NCBI GenBank assembly: GCA_965660795.1
Contig: CBFIBF010000001.1
Location: 30,932 to 94,931 of the forward strand
Direction: 5' to 3'
Length of the DNA stretch: 64,000 bases
Source: Gammaproteobacteria bacterium
Lineage (GTDB): Bacteria > Pseudomonadota > Gammaproteobacteria > GCA-002705445 > GCA-002716945
Part shown: in pieces, positions 1-12,426 of the stretch
Numbering within the stretch: position 1 is the first letter of the stretch
Layout of the letters: the number at the start of each line of letters is the position of its first letter
The notes under the pieces: generated by a model
Seen by the model: the letters and a program-made list of their open reading frames with translations, nothing else
What the model was told of the DNA's origin: nothing
Databases searched by the model: none
Program-made: the position numbers and the translations under genes

Positions 1-519
1 TCTGCTCTCTTTAAGACATCTATAAAAGCATGTTTTAATTGTTCTATCTTAATGTCTGGTGTCTCAATTATTATTGCTTTTTGATAATCAATTGCATTTG
101 TAACAACATAGAAATCTCGATAATTTCTTGGAATCTCCTCAAGTCTCTCCGAGGCATTTTTATATTTTTGATATTCTAATAACCTTTTAATTAGATTAGC
201 TCGTGGATCTTCTTCTTCATCTTCATCTGACTCAACTGGTAGTAAAAGCTTTGATTTAATTTCAGCTAATGTTGATGCCATAACTAAATAATCAGCTGCT
301 AACTCAAAATGCATATTTTCCATTATTGAAATATATCTCATATACTGTTCAGTAATTGGAAATATTGGAAGATCTGTTATATCTATATCTTGTTTTTTTA
401 TGAGATAAAGCAATAAATCTAATGGACCATCAAATTCTTCAAGAATAATCCTAAGGTATTCAGGCGGTATAAATAAATCCTCAGGTATATGAGAAATTTT
501 CTTACCATTGTAAACAGCG
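1..519 (-). CDS. scpA: Segregation and condensation protein A (ScpA), 3'-partial; gene continues off the window start. Putative TTG start at 519.
   Basis: Own translation of the minus strand gives ...EEFDGPLDLLLYLIKKQDIDITDLPIFPITEQYMRYISIMENMHFELAADYLVMASTLAEIKSKLL..., the ScpA/kleisin N-terminal signature. It is not in the ORF track because it runs off the edge. Only TTG is in frame upstream of the motif. Confidence 0.6.
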
Positions 520-525
520 GTTATA

Positions 526-1530
526 TTATTCAATATTTAACCCCATCAAATTATCAACATCAGATATCGTCTTAGTAGCAATTTCACGAGCCTTATCTGA
601 ACCAAGTTTAAGTGTATTGATAAGTAAATTTTTATCGTTTTTAATATCTTGAATACGAGAAGATATCGGTTCAATTAAATTAATAACAACATCTTTTAAT
701 TCTGATTTAAAATATGAAATTTCCTTTCCTGAAAATTGATCTATGACCTCGCTTTTATCCTGATTTGATACAGCGGTGTAGATATTTAAAAGATTATTAA
801 TTTCAGGGCGATTGCTAACCCCTTCAATATCTGATGGCATGTTGTGAGAGTCAGATTTTGCTTTACTAATTTTAGTAGCAATATCATCATTTGAATCAGT
901 CAATAATATTCTAGAATATTTAGATACATCAGACTTACTCATTTTGTTGCTTGCGTCTCTTAAACTCATTATCCTAGGAGCTTTTTCGTCAATAATTGGG
1001 TCGGGTAGCTTGAAGTAATCTGATTTGTAATCAGTATTAAACTTATGAGCGATATCTCTTGTAAGTTCAAGGTGTTGTTTTTGATCATCACCGACTGGTA
1101 CTTTATCAGCATGATATAATAATATATCTGCTGCCATAAGTACCGGATATGCATATAAGCCTAGTGATGCATTATCTCTATTTTTACCAGCTTTATCTTT
1201 AAATTGAGTCATGCGATTTAACCAGCCAACCCTTGCAGTGCAACTGAGATACCATGATAAGACACTGTGTTCTCTTACTGAGGATTGATTAAAAATAATA
1301 CATTTATTGGGATCTAAACCACATGCAAGAAATATAGAAAGAACACTGAATACATTCTCTCTTAATTCAGAAGGATCTTGAAATACCGTTATGGCATGCT
1401 GATCAACTATGCAAAATATTGAGTCTGCATTCTCCTGAAAAGTGAGGAACTGTTTAATGGCTCCGAGATAGTTGCCTAAGTGAATTTCACCAGTAGGTTG
1501 AACACCAGAGAAGACAATATTTTTAGACAT
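526..1530 (-). CDS. trpS: Tryptophan--tRNA ligase
   Basis: 334 aa with the class I aaRS HIGH-like motif (GEIHLGNYLG) and KMSKS; its length is typical for TrpS. Confidence 0.93.
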   Translation of the reverse strand: MSKNIVFSGVQPTGEIHLGNYLGAIKQFLTFQENADSIFCIVDQHAITVFQDPSELRENVFSVLSIFLACGLDPNKCIIFNQSSVREHSVLSWYLSCTARVGWLNRMTQFKDKAGKNRDNASLGLYAYPVLMAADILLYHADKVPVGDDQKQHLELTRDIAHKFNTDYKSDYFKLPDPIIDEKAPRIMSLRDASNKMSKSDVSKYSRILLTDSNDDIATKISKAKSDSHNMPSDIEGVSNRPEINNLLNIYTAVSNQDKSEVIDQFSGKEISYFKSELKDVVINLIEPISSRIQDIKNDKNLLINTLKLGSDKAREIATKTISDVDNLMGLNIE

Positions 1531-1618
1531 ACTTTTTATAAGTCATTTAGTAAATATTATCATAATACTGGATTTTATATAATCTATAATTTTTTATAGA
1601 TTTGAATATAATATTCAC

Positions 1619-1885
1619 ATGTCTGAAAAGCGTATGAAAATGATTAAACATGGTTTGACTGAACTTGAACCAATAGATATTAAGATTGAGGATGAGGGCC
1701 ATTTACATGTTGGACATGCCGGTGCTAAATCGGGAGGCCATTTTAAATTATATATTGTGTCAGAACATTTTAATAATTTGAGCTCTCTTAATAGGCATAA
1801 ACTAATTTATAAAACGTTAGATAAGCTTATGAAAACAGAAATACATGCTCTATCTATCACTGCTAAATCACCAGCAGAACTATAA
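1619..1885 (+). CDS. BolA family protein (YrbA/IbaG-like)
   Basis: 88 aa with the HAGAKSGGHFKLYIVSEHF...RHKLIY...IHALSI pattern of the BolA family. Confidence 0.7.
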   Translation: MSEKRMKMIKHGLTELEPIDIKIEDEGHLHVGHAGAKSGGHFKLYIVSEHFNNLSSLNRHKLIYKTLDKLMKTEIHALSITAKSPAEL

Positions 1886-2341
1886 CTTCAGTCTAAGAAC
1901 AAATGCGTCTTCTCTACCATTTTCCGAATCATAATAACCTTTTCTAACTCCAATTTTCTCGAATCCTAATTTACTATAGAGGGATTGTGCGATAAGATTT
2001 CTCGATCTAACTTCAAGTATAATATCTTGAGAGTTTCTTATTCGAGCATCATTAATAGTAAGCTCTATCAATGCTTGTCCAATTCCATTATTTCTAAAAT
2101 TTATATCGACAGTTAAATTCAATATATGAGTTTCGGGTAATGATATTTTAGAAATTATATATCCAACAAGCGTATCATCAATAAAAACAGAGTAAGAGTC
2201 ATATTTATATAAGATACAATCTCTCAGTATTTCTTTTGTCCACGGAAAACGATATGAATCAAGCTCTAACTTGTATATATATTCTAAATCATCAATATGC
2301 ATTGGATGATATTTAAAAAGTTCTGATTTTTTAACTGACAT
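1880..2341 (-). CDS. rimI: GNAT N-acetyltransferase, ribosomal-protein-alanine acetyltransferase-like
   Basis: 153 aa with a GNAT motif A (RNNGIGQALI). It is adjacent to a UDG, as in many genomes. Confidence 0.7.
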   Translation of the reverse strand: MSVKKSELFKYHPMHIDDLEYIYKLELDSYRFPWTKEILRDCILYKYDSYSVFIDDTLVGYIISKISLPETHILNLTVDINFRNNGIGQALIELTINDARIRNSQDIILEVRSRNLIAQSLYSKLGFEKIGVRKGYYDSENGREDAFVLRLKL

Positions 2342-2969
2342 TGATATGCTTTTTCATAAATAAAATATCTTCCCATACTTTACTTTTTTCACCAGGACTA
2401 CGTAGAAGATATGCAGGGTGATAAAATACAAGCATTGGTATATCAGTGTCCTTATAATAATGCAACTTACCACGCAGTGATGACATTGGTTCCGGAGTGT
2501 TCATTAATCGCTCAGCAGCTACTTTCCCTAATAAAATAATTACGGTTGGGGAGATTAGAGTAATTTGTTGGTCTAAATAGCTAGAACAGCAACTTATCTC
2601 ATTACTATTAGGATTTCTATTTTCTGGTGGCCTACATTTAACCGTATTAGTTATGTAAACATTTTCACGAGTAAGATTCATCGAAAAAAGTATTTCGGTT
2701 AATAGCCTTCCTGCTCTTCCAACAAATGGCTCGCCAGATAAATCTTCATCTTTACCGGGCGCTTCTCCAATAATCATGATTCTTGCATTAGTTGAACCCT
2801 CACCAAATACTACCTTGTTTCTAGTTTTTGACAGTTCACATTTATGACAATTTACTGCCATTAACTTCAATTCATCAATGTTAATTTGATTATAATTTGA
2901 TATGAGCTCATCACGCATCCAAGAAACGTCTATATTCATTAGACTTAATAATTCTTTTCTTCGAGACAT
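2331..2969 (-). CDS. Uracil-DNA glycosylase, family 4 (4Fe-4S type)
   Basis: The GEAPG motif (IIGEAPGKDEDLSGEPFVGRAGRLL), an N-terminal Cys cluster (CHKCELS) and the HPAYLLR C-terminal motif. Confidence 0.85.
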   Translation of the reverse strand: MSRRKELLSLMNIDVSWMRDELISNYNQINIDELKLMAVNCHKCELSKTRNKVVFGEGSTNARIMIIGEAPGKDEDLSGEPFVGRAGRLLTEILFSMNLTRENVYITNTVKCRPPENRNPNSNEISCCSSYLDQQITLISPTVIILLGKVAAERLMNTPEPMSSLRGKLHYYKDTDIPMLVFYHPAYLLRSPGEKSKVWEDILFMKKHINVS

Positions 2970-4513
2970 TAGATACCTGGTAACTTTTTAGTCTTAAGAT
3001 CTGGGTTTTGAAAAATCTTATTAATTGCATTTAGATATGCTAAAACTGAAGCTTTAACTATATCGGTGTCAGCACCATGTCCATTAACTATGAGGTCATC
3101 TTTTACAACTCGAACAGTTACTTCGCCTTGTGCATCTGTTCCTGAAGTAATATTGTTAACCGAATACAATTTAAGATCTACATCAATATCTATTAGTTTC
3201 TTGACAGCATTATAAGCTGCATCTACAGCTCCATCTCCATCAGCAGTAGCTTTTTTAATCTCGCCCTTAATGTTTAATGTTATATCAGCATGTGGCTTAG
3301 AATCGGAATTACAAATTACAGACATGTGATCTAACTGTATATCATCACCGGTTAATACAATATTATTAGATAGTCTTATAATATCCTCATCATAAATTTC
3401 ATGTTTTTTATCAGCAAGTTCTTTAAATCTATCAAACAAGTCATTTAATGATTCATCTGATTTACATTCAATATCTAATTCTTCTAGTTTCTGTTTAAAT
3501 GCATTTCGACCTGAATGTTTTCCGAGGACCAATGAATTACTTACCAAACCAATATCTTCTGCTTTCATAATCTCATAAGTTTCTCTAGATTTAATAATAC
3601 CGTCTTGATGAATTCCTGATTCATGTGCAAATGCATTTTTACCTACGATTGCTTTATTTGGCTGTACCGGAAAACCGGTAATGCTGGATACAAGTTTTGA
3701 ACAATTCATTATTTTTTTGGTATTGATTTGAGTATCACATGAAAAGATATCTGAGCGAGTTTTAACTGTCATGACTATTTCTTCTAAAGCTGCGTTTCCA
3801 GCTCTTTCTCCCAAACCATTAATTGTACATTCAACTTGTCTTGCTCCATTTAGCACTGAGGAAAGAGAATTTGAAACTGCTAGCCCTAAATCATTATGAC
3901 AATGAACAGAGAATATAGCTTTATCTGAGTTAGGAACGGTTTTTATGATATCGGATATGAGAGATCCAAATTGATGGGGTAAATTATAACCAACAGTATC
4001 AGGAATATTAATTGTAGATGCACCTGCATCGATCACTTTTTCAATAATTTTACACAGAAAACTAAAATCAGATCTCCCCGCATCTTCAGGCGAGAACTCA
4101 ACGTCTTGAACATGATTCTTTGCTAATTTTACAGCATGGACAGCATTATCAATAACCTGATCAGGGGTCATTTTTAATTTCATCTCCATATGTATTGGTG
4201 ATGTTGCAATAAATGTGTGAATTCTTGATAGCTTTGCATTCTTAAGAGCATCCGCCGCTCTTAATATATCCTTGTCTAATGCTCTTGCAAGTGCGCAAAC
4301 TGTTGATGTTTTAATAGTATCAGAAATTTCTTTTACAGCAGCAAAATCACCATTACTAGCAATAGGGAAACCTGCTTCAATAACATCAACATTTAAATCA
4401 TTTAGAGCTAAAGCAATTTGAATCTTTTCATCAATGTCCATAGAGGCTCCTGGACTTTGCTCTCCGTCTCTAAGGGTGGTGTCGAAAATAATTAAGTGAT
4501 CGTTATTTTTCAT
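2969..4513 (-). CDS. leuA: 2-isopropylmalate synthase
   Basis: 514 aa. IFDTTLRDGEQSPG at the N-terminus, HCHNDLGLAV, and a LeuA dimerisation/regulatory C-terminal domain. Confidence 0.93.
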   Translation of the reverse strand: MKNNDHLIIFDTTLRDGEQSPGASMDIDEKIQIALALNDLNVDVIEAGFPIASNGDFAAVKEISDTIKTSTVCALARALDKDILRAADALKNAKLSRIHTFIATSPIHMEMKLKMTPDQVIDNAVHAVKLAKNHVQDVEFSPEDAGRSDFSFLCKIIEKVIDAGASTINIPDTVGYNLPHQFGSLISDIIKTVPNSDKAIFSVHCHNDLGLAVSNSLSSVLNGARQVECTINGLGERAGNAALEEIVMTVKTRSDIFSCDTQINTKKIMNCSKLVSSITGFPVQPNKAIVGKNAFAHESGIHQDGIIKSRETYEIMKAEDIGLVSNSLVLGKHSGRNAFKQKLEELDIECKSDESLNDLFDRFKELADKKHEIYDEDIIRLSNNIVLTGDDIQLDHMSVICNSDSKPHADITLNIKGEIKKATADGDGAVDAAYNAVKKLIDIDVDLKLYSVNNITSGTDAQGEVTVRVVKDDLIVNGHGADTDIVKASVLAYLNAINKIFQNPDLKTKKLPGI

Positions 4514-4600
4514 AAAAATAGTTTATTCATATCTAGAGGCATTATACCTCAAGAGATTTAATGATGAAGAAGTAATATTCTAGTTAGCGATAAAAATTGT

Positions 4601-5374
4601 TTAACTTTGATTCTTAGATGACAATTTTGAGTCATAAATATTCTTTCTTCTTAGCCTTCTAAAAAGAAATAACATGGGGCCAGAAAAGCCATAAATCATA
4701 AAAAACATGAACAATACTTTAGGAGGGTCGAATGATATAAACGATATGCCCAGCGCTACAGCGAAAAGCATGACATGAGGTACTTTTTGTTTGAAATTAA
4801 AATCTTTAAAGCTCATATATGCAATATTACTAACCATTAAAACAGAAAGAGTTAAAATTAATAATATGGTTAATGTTAAATAGGAGGCTACATCTGCATT
4901 AATATCATTCAAGAACCATACATAGCAAATTAAAATAGCGGCAGAGGCTGGACTAGCTAGTCCAATAAAATATTTTTTATCTGCAGTTTGATTTCGAGAA
5001 TTAAAGCGAGCTAGCCTTATGGCAGTAGATGCAACATATATAAAGCATACTAGATATGAAATTTTAACTAAATAGCCTGAGGTATAAATAGATAGACTAG
5101 AAAGATAAATCAAAAGTGCGGGTGCTACGCCAAAACATAACAAGTCAGACAGGCTGTCGAAATATTCTCCAAAAGATGTTTGGGTATTAGTTAATCGTGC
5201 AACACGTCCATCAAGGCCATCCAAAATCATTGAAAATAAAATAAACACTGCAGCTTGGGTGAATAGCTCATTGATAGCTAAAATAATAGAATAGAAGCCA
5301 CAAAACATAGCTCCCAATGTGACAAGATTTGGAAGTAGATATACTGCAGAAATTTTATTAGATTTCTTATCCAA
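4601..5374 (-). CDS. pssA: CDP-diacylglycerol--serine O-phosphatidyltransferase (CDP-alcohol phosphatidyltransferase family)
   Basis: 257 aa, multi-transmembrane, with the DGLDGRVAR motif of CDP-alcohol phosphatidyltransferases. Confidence 0.8.
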   Translation of the reverse strand: MDKKSNKISAVYLLPNLVTLGAMFCGFYSIILAINELFTQAAVFILFSMILDGLDGRVARLTNTQTSFGEYFDSLSDLLCFGVAPALLIYLSSLSIYTSGYLVKISYLVCFIYVASTAIRLARFNSRNQTADKKYFIGLASPASAAILICYVWFLNDINADVASYLTLTILLILTLSVLMVSNIAYMSFKDFNFKQKVPHVMLFAVALGISFISFDPPKVLFMFFMIYGFSGPMLFLFRRLRRKNIYDSKLSSKNQS

Positions 5375-6901
<1,527 letters not shown>

Positions 6902-6905
<4 letters not shown>

Positions 6906-8632
6906 GCCAGTTCGGTCTCTTCATTAACAGAAGGGGCTAGATGCATCTCATGATGACCTTTGCCACTTACAATCATCGGATATACGTTTTCTGTTTGATC
7001 TGTAATTACATCAACAAATACTAATCTATTTTTGTAATCTAGAGCAGTTTTTAAATCTTTTTCAAGATTCTGTGGTTTGTCAATCACCATGCCTATGTGG
7101 CCAAAACTTTCTGCTAACTTAGCAAAATCAGGAATAGCATCCATATATGACATGGCATAACGACCTTCATAAAAGAATTCTTGCCATTGTCTGACCATAC
7201 CCATGTATCTGTTATTTAAGTTAATTATTTTAATAGGTAAACCATATTGTAAGCATGTTGACAATTCTTGAATACACATCAAAATACTTGCCTCGCCTGT
7301 AACGCAGATAACTTGCTCTTTTGGATATGCTAGCTGTGCGCCTATCGCCGCAGGAAGTCCAAATCCCATTGTTCCCAAACCGCCAGAATTAATCCAACGA
7401 TTAGGCTTATCAAACTTATAATATTGCGCTACCCACATTTGATGTTGTCCTACATCTGATGTTACAAAGGACTTTCCTTTTGAGATTTCATGAAGTGTTT
7501 CAATAACTGATTGAGGTTTGATAACTTTATTTGACTTTTTATATGATAAACACTTTTTATTCTGCCAAGATTTAATCTTTTCCCACCATTTCTCTAAAGC
7601 AATTTTATCTATATTTTTTTTATACTTTGTAGTGAACTCAATTATTTTTTTGAGAATATTTTTTGTATCACCGATTAGTGAGTGGTCAACTTCAATAATT
7701 TTGGATATTGAAGATGGGTCAATATCGATATGTATGATCTTTGCTTTTGGGCAAAATTGTTTAGTGTCTCCAGTTACTCTATCATCAAATCTCGCGCCAA
7801 CTGCTAACAATACATCACACTCATGCATTGCCATATTTGCTTCATAAGTTCCGTGCATTCCTAGCATTCCAAGAAACTGTTTATCAGACGATGGATATGC
7901 GCCTAATCCCATGAGCGTATTAGTAACAGGATAGTTAAGAAGTCTTACAAGTTTTGTTAATTCATTGCTTGCTTTGCTGAGGATAACGCCTCCACCAGTA
8001 TATATCATTGGTTTTTTTGCCTGACACAATAGCTTTGAAGCAATTTCAATTTTGTCTTGATTTTCTGTTTTTTTAACACTGTAAGAGCGTATTTTGATAT
8101 TTTTTTTATATTCAAAATTAATTTTTATTTTTGGATCAGTTAAGTCTTTTGGTATGTCAATAATTACAGGCCCTGGTCTACCTGTAGTTGCTATGATGAA
8201 TGCCTTTCTGAATGTTTCAGCAATAGACTCTCGATCATTAATTAAAAAGTTATGTTTACAAATGGGTCTTGTAATACCAGTTGCGTCAGCTTCTTGAAAC
8301 GCATCGCTTCCGACGTATTGTCTTGAAACTTGTCCAGAAATAACAATCATAGGTATCGAATCCATGTGTGCTGTAGCTATCCCGGTAACACAATTAGTAA
8401 TTCCAGGACCTGATGTTACTAAAACAACACCTGGTTTATTGCAGGCTCTTGCATAACCATCAGCAGCATGAGTTGCGCCTTGCTCATGTCTCACTAAGAC
8501 ATGTTTTATGTCTTTAGCAGCAAATAGTGCGTCATAGATGTGTAATACTGCGCCACCCGGGTATCCGAAAATAAACTCTACACCCTCTTTTTTGAGAGAT
8601 TCAATAATTATTTCTGAACCGCTTAACTTCAT
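6902..8632 (-). CDS. ilvI: Acetolactate synthase large subunit (ThDP-dependent)
   Basis: 576 aa with the ThDP-binding GDG...N motif region (SGGLGTMGFGLPAAIGA). It overlaps ilvH by 4 nt. Confidence 0.93.
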
Positions 8633-8634
8633 TG

Positions 8635-8865
8635 CTAGCTTTTTTTGATCAGAAAATAAAATTTATTGTCTCGAGTTTCTGAAGACAAAAGTTCATTACC
8701 TGTCTGTCCAGCAAACGATTCGAAGTCCATCACTGCACCTGGATCTGTAGAAATAACATGTAAGACTTGTCCTGATTCCATGGTATTTATTTCTTTCTTA
8801 GCTTTAATAATTGGCAATGGACAATTTAGTCCGCTTGTATCAAGTTCTTTATCAAAATCACTCAT
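8635..8865 (-). CDS. TusA-like sulfurtransferase (SirA/YedF/YeeD family)
   Basis: 76 aa with the CPxP motif (LNCPLPIIKAKK) characteristic of TusA. Confidence 0.8.
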   Translation of the reverse strand: MSDFDKELDTSGLNCPLPIIKAKKEINTMESGQVLHVISTDPGAVMDFESFAGQTGNELLSSETRDNKFYFLIKKS

Positions 8866-8993
8866 TTTTGCATTACCTCTTGAGTTATAATAATTACAAA
8901 GGTTTCTCTACAAATTAAACCTTTTACATAGGAATCTATATTAGTACATTTAGATTATTTAATATAGAGAAAGATACTATTGTGAGTGAATAA

Positions 8994-10415
8994 ATGTACA
9001 AGCTGCTTCTAACCTTAATTCTTGTAAGTTTTGTTATGAATGGACATGGGCATGAATCCGAAACATCACCTATGCTTGGAGATTCGTTGAATCGGACTAT
9101 CACTATTTCTGAAGAAGAAAGAATTGGTCGAAATATTTATAAAGTTTTGCAAAAAAATAACAACATCGTAAATGATGTTTTCGTATCAGATTACATAACA
9201 TATCTTGGAAACAAATTAAGCCGTAATACTCCATACAATAGGAATTATGTTTTTTTTGTAACTAGATCAAAATCAGTAAATGCTTTTGCTTTACCAGGCG
9301 GATATGTTGGATTTAATTCTGGTTTAATAACACTTACTCAAAATGAAGCACAACTAGCGGGTGTTGTTGCACATGAACTTGCTCACGTAGTATTAAGACA
9401 CAGTGCTGAAATGATAGCCCGTTCAAATGTAAACTCAATTCCAATGTGGATAGGAATATTTGCTGGCCTGTTAGCTGGCCAATCTGAAGCTAGTATAGCA
9501 TCCATTAAGTCAGGTATTGGCTTGTCGGTGCAGCAGAACATTAATCTTGTAAGAGAAAACGAAATAGAAGCAGACATATTTGCTGCACGGTTAATGCAAA
9601 ACAGTAATTATGCCCTTACAGAAATGGCCAAGTTTTTTAGACTTATGCAGGGTGATGCAAATAGTCAATCAAATTTTAATGAATACTTCATGACGCATCC
9701 ATTGTATTCGAATCGTATAAGTACAATTGCAAATAAGGGAAGACAGCAATCAGAGCCTATCGTTAATAGCACGGACGATTATGAGTACATAAAAAATATT
9801 TTGATATCTAGCGGAAAAAATCCGCAAGCTCTTAATAAAAAAGAAAATAGTTTGCCAGTCATAAATCATCGGCTTGCATTAAATTACTTCAAAGCTGGTG
9901 ACTATGATAAAGCAAAACAAACGATTCAAGAAAATTATAATTCAAATAATTATAATATATATATTTCGTCATTGATGGCAGACATACATTGGGCTATGGG
10001 TGAAAAAATTGAATCTAGAAAGATCATAAAAAAATTATTAGAAATTTATCCTAATAACAATGCAATAAATTTTCAGTTATTGAAACAAAATATTAAAGAC
10101 TCCTTCGACTTAGATAAAAGTGTTATGAAATTAAAAGATTTTACCAAAAAGAATAATAACAATCCGATGATTTACAATCTATTAGCAGAAGGCTCTGAAA
10201 AAATTGGAGATAAATACGGTACGAAGCTGGCGCTAATAAACTACTATAATTCGAAAGGTAATTTACCTATGGCGTATAGAGTAATTGATGATAGTATTAA
10301 TTCGAATTATTTAACTGATACACAGAAGAAAAATCTACTGAATATTAAAAATAGTATTCTTTGTAATTCAAATCCACCGTTGGAACCAGTTTTTGGGCCA
10401 AAAACCTGTAATTAA
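8994..10415 (+). CDS. Periplasmic M48 metalloprotease with TPR domain (BepA/YfgC-like)
   Basis: 473 aa with a signal peptide, HELAHVVLRH (HExxH), a downstream NEIEADIF Glu, and a TPR-like C-terminal half. Confidence 0.8.
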   Translation: MYKLLLTLILVSFVMNGHGHESETSPMLGDSLNRTITISEEERIGRNIYKVLQKNNNIVNDVFVSDYITYLGNKLSRNTPYNRNYVFFVTRSKSVNAFALPGGYVGFNSGLITLTQNEAQLAGVVAHELAHVVLRHSAEMIARSNVNSIPMWIGIFAGLLAGQSEASIASIKSGIGLSVQQNINLVRENEIEADIFAARLMQNSNYALTEMAKFFRLMQGDANSQSNFNEYFMTHPLYSNRISTIANKGRQQSEPIVNSTDDYEYIKNILISSGKNPQALNKKENSLPVINHRLALNYFKAGDYDKAKQTIQENYNSNNYNIYISSLMADIHWAMGEKIESRKIIKKLLEIYPNNNAINFQLLKQNIKDSFDLDKSVMKLKDFTKKNNNNPMIYNLLAEGSEKIGDKYGTKLALINYYNSKGNLPMAYRVIDDSINSNYLTDTQKKNLLNIKNSILCNSNPPLEPVFGPKTCN

Positions 10416-10456
10416 AAAATGTTTTAATAAACATCATTCATCTATATAATAAAGCC

Positions 10457-10792
10457 ATGAGAAAGCTAATATTGTTCATGTTTTTAGTGTTTATAGCTGC
10501 ACCTTCGATTTCTTATTCTGATGATATTGCAGAGGGCAAAAAGCTTACTTTTGATCGAAAGAAAGGTAACTGCTTGGCGTGTCACATGATTGATGATGGT
10601 GAATTAGCAGGAAACAATGGACCTCCCTTGCTAGCTATGAAAGCAAGATTCCCTGACAGAGAACTTCTTTTTCAACAAATTTGGGATCCTACTCAAACTA
10701 ACCCTTATTCTTTTATGCCTCCATTTGGTAAACATGGAGCGCTGACAAAAAATGAGATTAATAAGATAATTGATTATTTATACACACTTTAG
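10457..10792 (+). CDS. soxX: Sulfur oxidation monoheme cytochrome c SoxX
   Basis: 111 aa with a signal peptide and a single CLACH heme motif, first gene of a soxXYZA run. Confidence 0.75.
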   Translation: MRKLILFMFLVFIAAPSISYSDDIAEGKKLTFDRKKGNCLACHMIDDGELAGNNGPPLLAMKARFPDRELLFQQIWDPTQTNPYSFMPPFGKHGALTKNEINKIIDYLYTL

Positions 10793-10800
10793 GAAAACAT

Positions 10801-11262
10801 ATGAATAGAAGAAAATTTATAAAAAATAGCATACTGTTTGCTGGTACATTAGCGACTGTACCAACTTTAATTACTGCTAATAAAGCATACGCTTCTTGGC
10901 CGAAAAAGTCTTTTGATATCAAAGACCTTAATGACTCTGTAAGTAGTGTTTATGGTCACAATAACTTACAAGAATCATCTAAGGTAAAACTCAAGGCGCC
11001 GGAAATTGCAGAAAACGGAGCTATAGTGCCTATCAACGTATCAACAACTCTTGATAATGTTGAATCAATAATGATATTTGTTGAAAATAATCCACAACCA
11101 TTATCAAGTGGTTATCAGCTAACATCTCTAGCTGAGCCTGCAATAGGTACACGTTTGAAAATGGGAAAGACATCAAATGTAATGGCTGCTGTAAAGAGCG
11201 GTGACAAAGTGTATACATCTACACAAGAAGTCAAAGTAACCATTGGAGGCTGCGGAGGTTAA
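10801..11262 (+). CDS. soxY: Sulfur carrier protein SoxY
   Basis: Tat signal (RRKFIKNSILFAGTLA) and the C-terminal GGCGG swinging-arm motif. Confidence 0.92.
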   Translation: MNRRKFIKNSILFAGTLATVPTLITANKAYASWPKKSFDIKDLNDSVSSVYGHNNLQESSKVKLKAPEIAENGAIVPINVSTTLDNVESIMIFVENNPQPLSSGYQLTSLAEPAIGTRLKMGKTSNVMAAVKSGDKVYTSTQEVKVTIGGCGG

Positions 11263-11264
11263 TT

Positions 11265-11573
11265 ATGAGCACAATAAAAATGAGACCCAAAGAATCAAAT
11301 GGTGTTGTAACAGTCAAAGCTCTTATTAAACACCCCATGGAAACTGGGCAAAGAAAAGATAAAAAAACAGGCAATCTGATTCCAGCTCATTTCATTCAAG
11401 AGGTGCATGGTAAAGCTAATGGCAAGGAAGTAATAAAAATATACTGGGGTCCAGCTGTATCAAAAAATCCTTATCTAACATTTAAGTACAAAGGCAGCAA
11501 AGGTGATGAAATAGAATTGTCTTGGGTTGATAATCAAGGTAATCGTGACTCAGCCGTAGGAAAAGTTAAGTAA
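11265..11573 (+). CDS. soxZ: SoxZ
   Basis: 102 aa immediately after soxY; a SoxZ-like beta-sandwich sequence (IKALIKHPMETG). Confidence 0.85.
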   Translation: MSTIKMRPKESNGVVTVKALIKHPMETGQRKDKKTGNLIPAHFIQEVHGKANGKEVIKIYWGPAVSKNPYLTFKYKGSKGDEIELSWVDNQGNRDSAVGKVK

Positions 11574-12401
11574 ATGTTTAAAAAGCTTTTACTCCTTATC
11601 TTACTAACTCCATCATTATCAACTATGGCTAGTCCTGAAAGTGATTATGATGAATTTGTAAGTTACTTTGAAAATCGTTTTCCTGAAACACCATTCGAAG
11701 ATTATAAAAATGGTGTCTATTCAATAGATAAATCTGCAAGAGAACAATGGGAATCTATGGAAGAATTTCCTCCATACGAACTTAATATAGACAGAGGGGA
11801 AGAGCTTTTTAATATACCTTTTAAAAATGGTAATACATATGCATCATGTTTCGACAATGAGGGTAAAGGAATTAGACAAAATTATCCTTACTTCAACACA
11901 GATAAGAATAAAGTTGTCACACTCGAAGGCGCTATCAATGAATGCAGAGTAAAAAATGGTGAAAAACCACTCAGTTATTATAAAGGAAAGGAATTAGCTC
12001 ATGTTTCAGCCTATATGGCTTACACTTCTCGTGGTAACAAATTTAATGTTGAAGTGCCTAATACTGCAGAGGCATTAGAAGCATATGAAGATGGAAAGAG
12101 ATTGTATTTTACTAAAAAAGGACAGCTTAATTTTTCATGTGCAGATTGTCATGTCTATCAAACAGGTACAAAACTAAGAGCTGATATTCCAAGTCCAGCG
12201 ATAGGTCATCCTACACACTTTCCAGTTTACAGATCTGGAATGGGAAGACTGGTTACATTGCATGAGAGGTTTGCAGGATGCCTAAACCGTATTAGAGCTA
12301 AAAGTTTTAAAGCTGGTAGTGATGAACTAAATAATCTTGAGTATTTTACTACGTTTATGAGTAACGGCCTTGAAGTTAATGGACCAGGCTCTAGAAAATA
12401 A
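11574..12401 (+). CDS. soxA: Sox cytochrome c SoxA (monoheme type)
   Basis: 275 aa with a signal peptide and one CADCH heme motif. Follows soxZ directly (the soxZ TAA stop abuts the ATG at 11574). Confidence 0.8.
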   Translation: MFKKLLLLILLTPSLSTMASPESDYDEFVSYFENRFPETPFEDYKNGVYSIDKSAREQWESMEEFPPYELNIDRGEELFNIPFKNGNTYASCFDNEGKGIRQNYPYFNTDKNKVVTLEGAINECRVKNGEKPLSYYKGKELAHVSAYMAYTSRGNKFNVEVPNTAEALEAYEDGKRLYFTKKGQLNFSCADCHVYQTGTKLRADIPSPAIGHPTHFPVYRSGMGRLVTLHERFAGCLNRIRAKSFKAGSDELNNLEYFTTFMSNGLEVNGPGSRK

Positions 12402-12426
12402 TACATTTTAAAGATATACTTAAATT

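Noticed and set aside
432-521. Short minus-strand ORF MVRKFLIYLRIYLYRLNTLGLFLKNLMVH near the window start.
   Set aside because: It is out of frame with respect to the ScpA-encoding frame, which gives a clear family match. It is an overlapping artefact.
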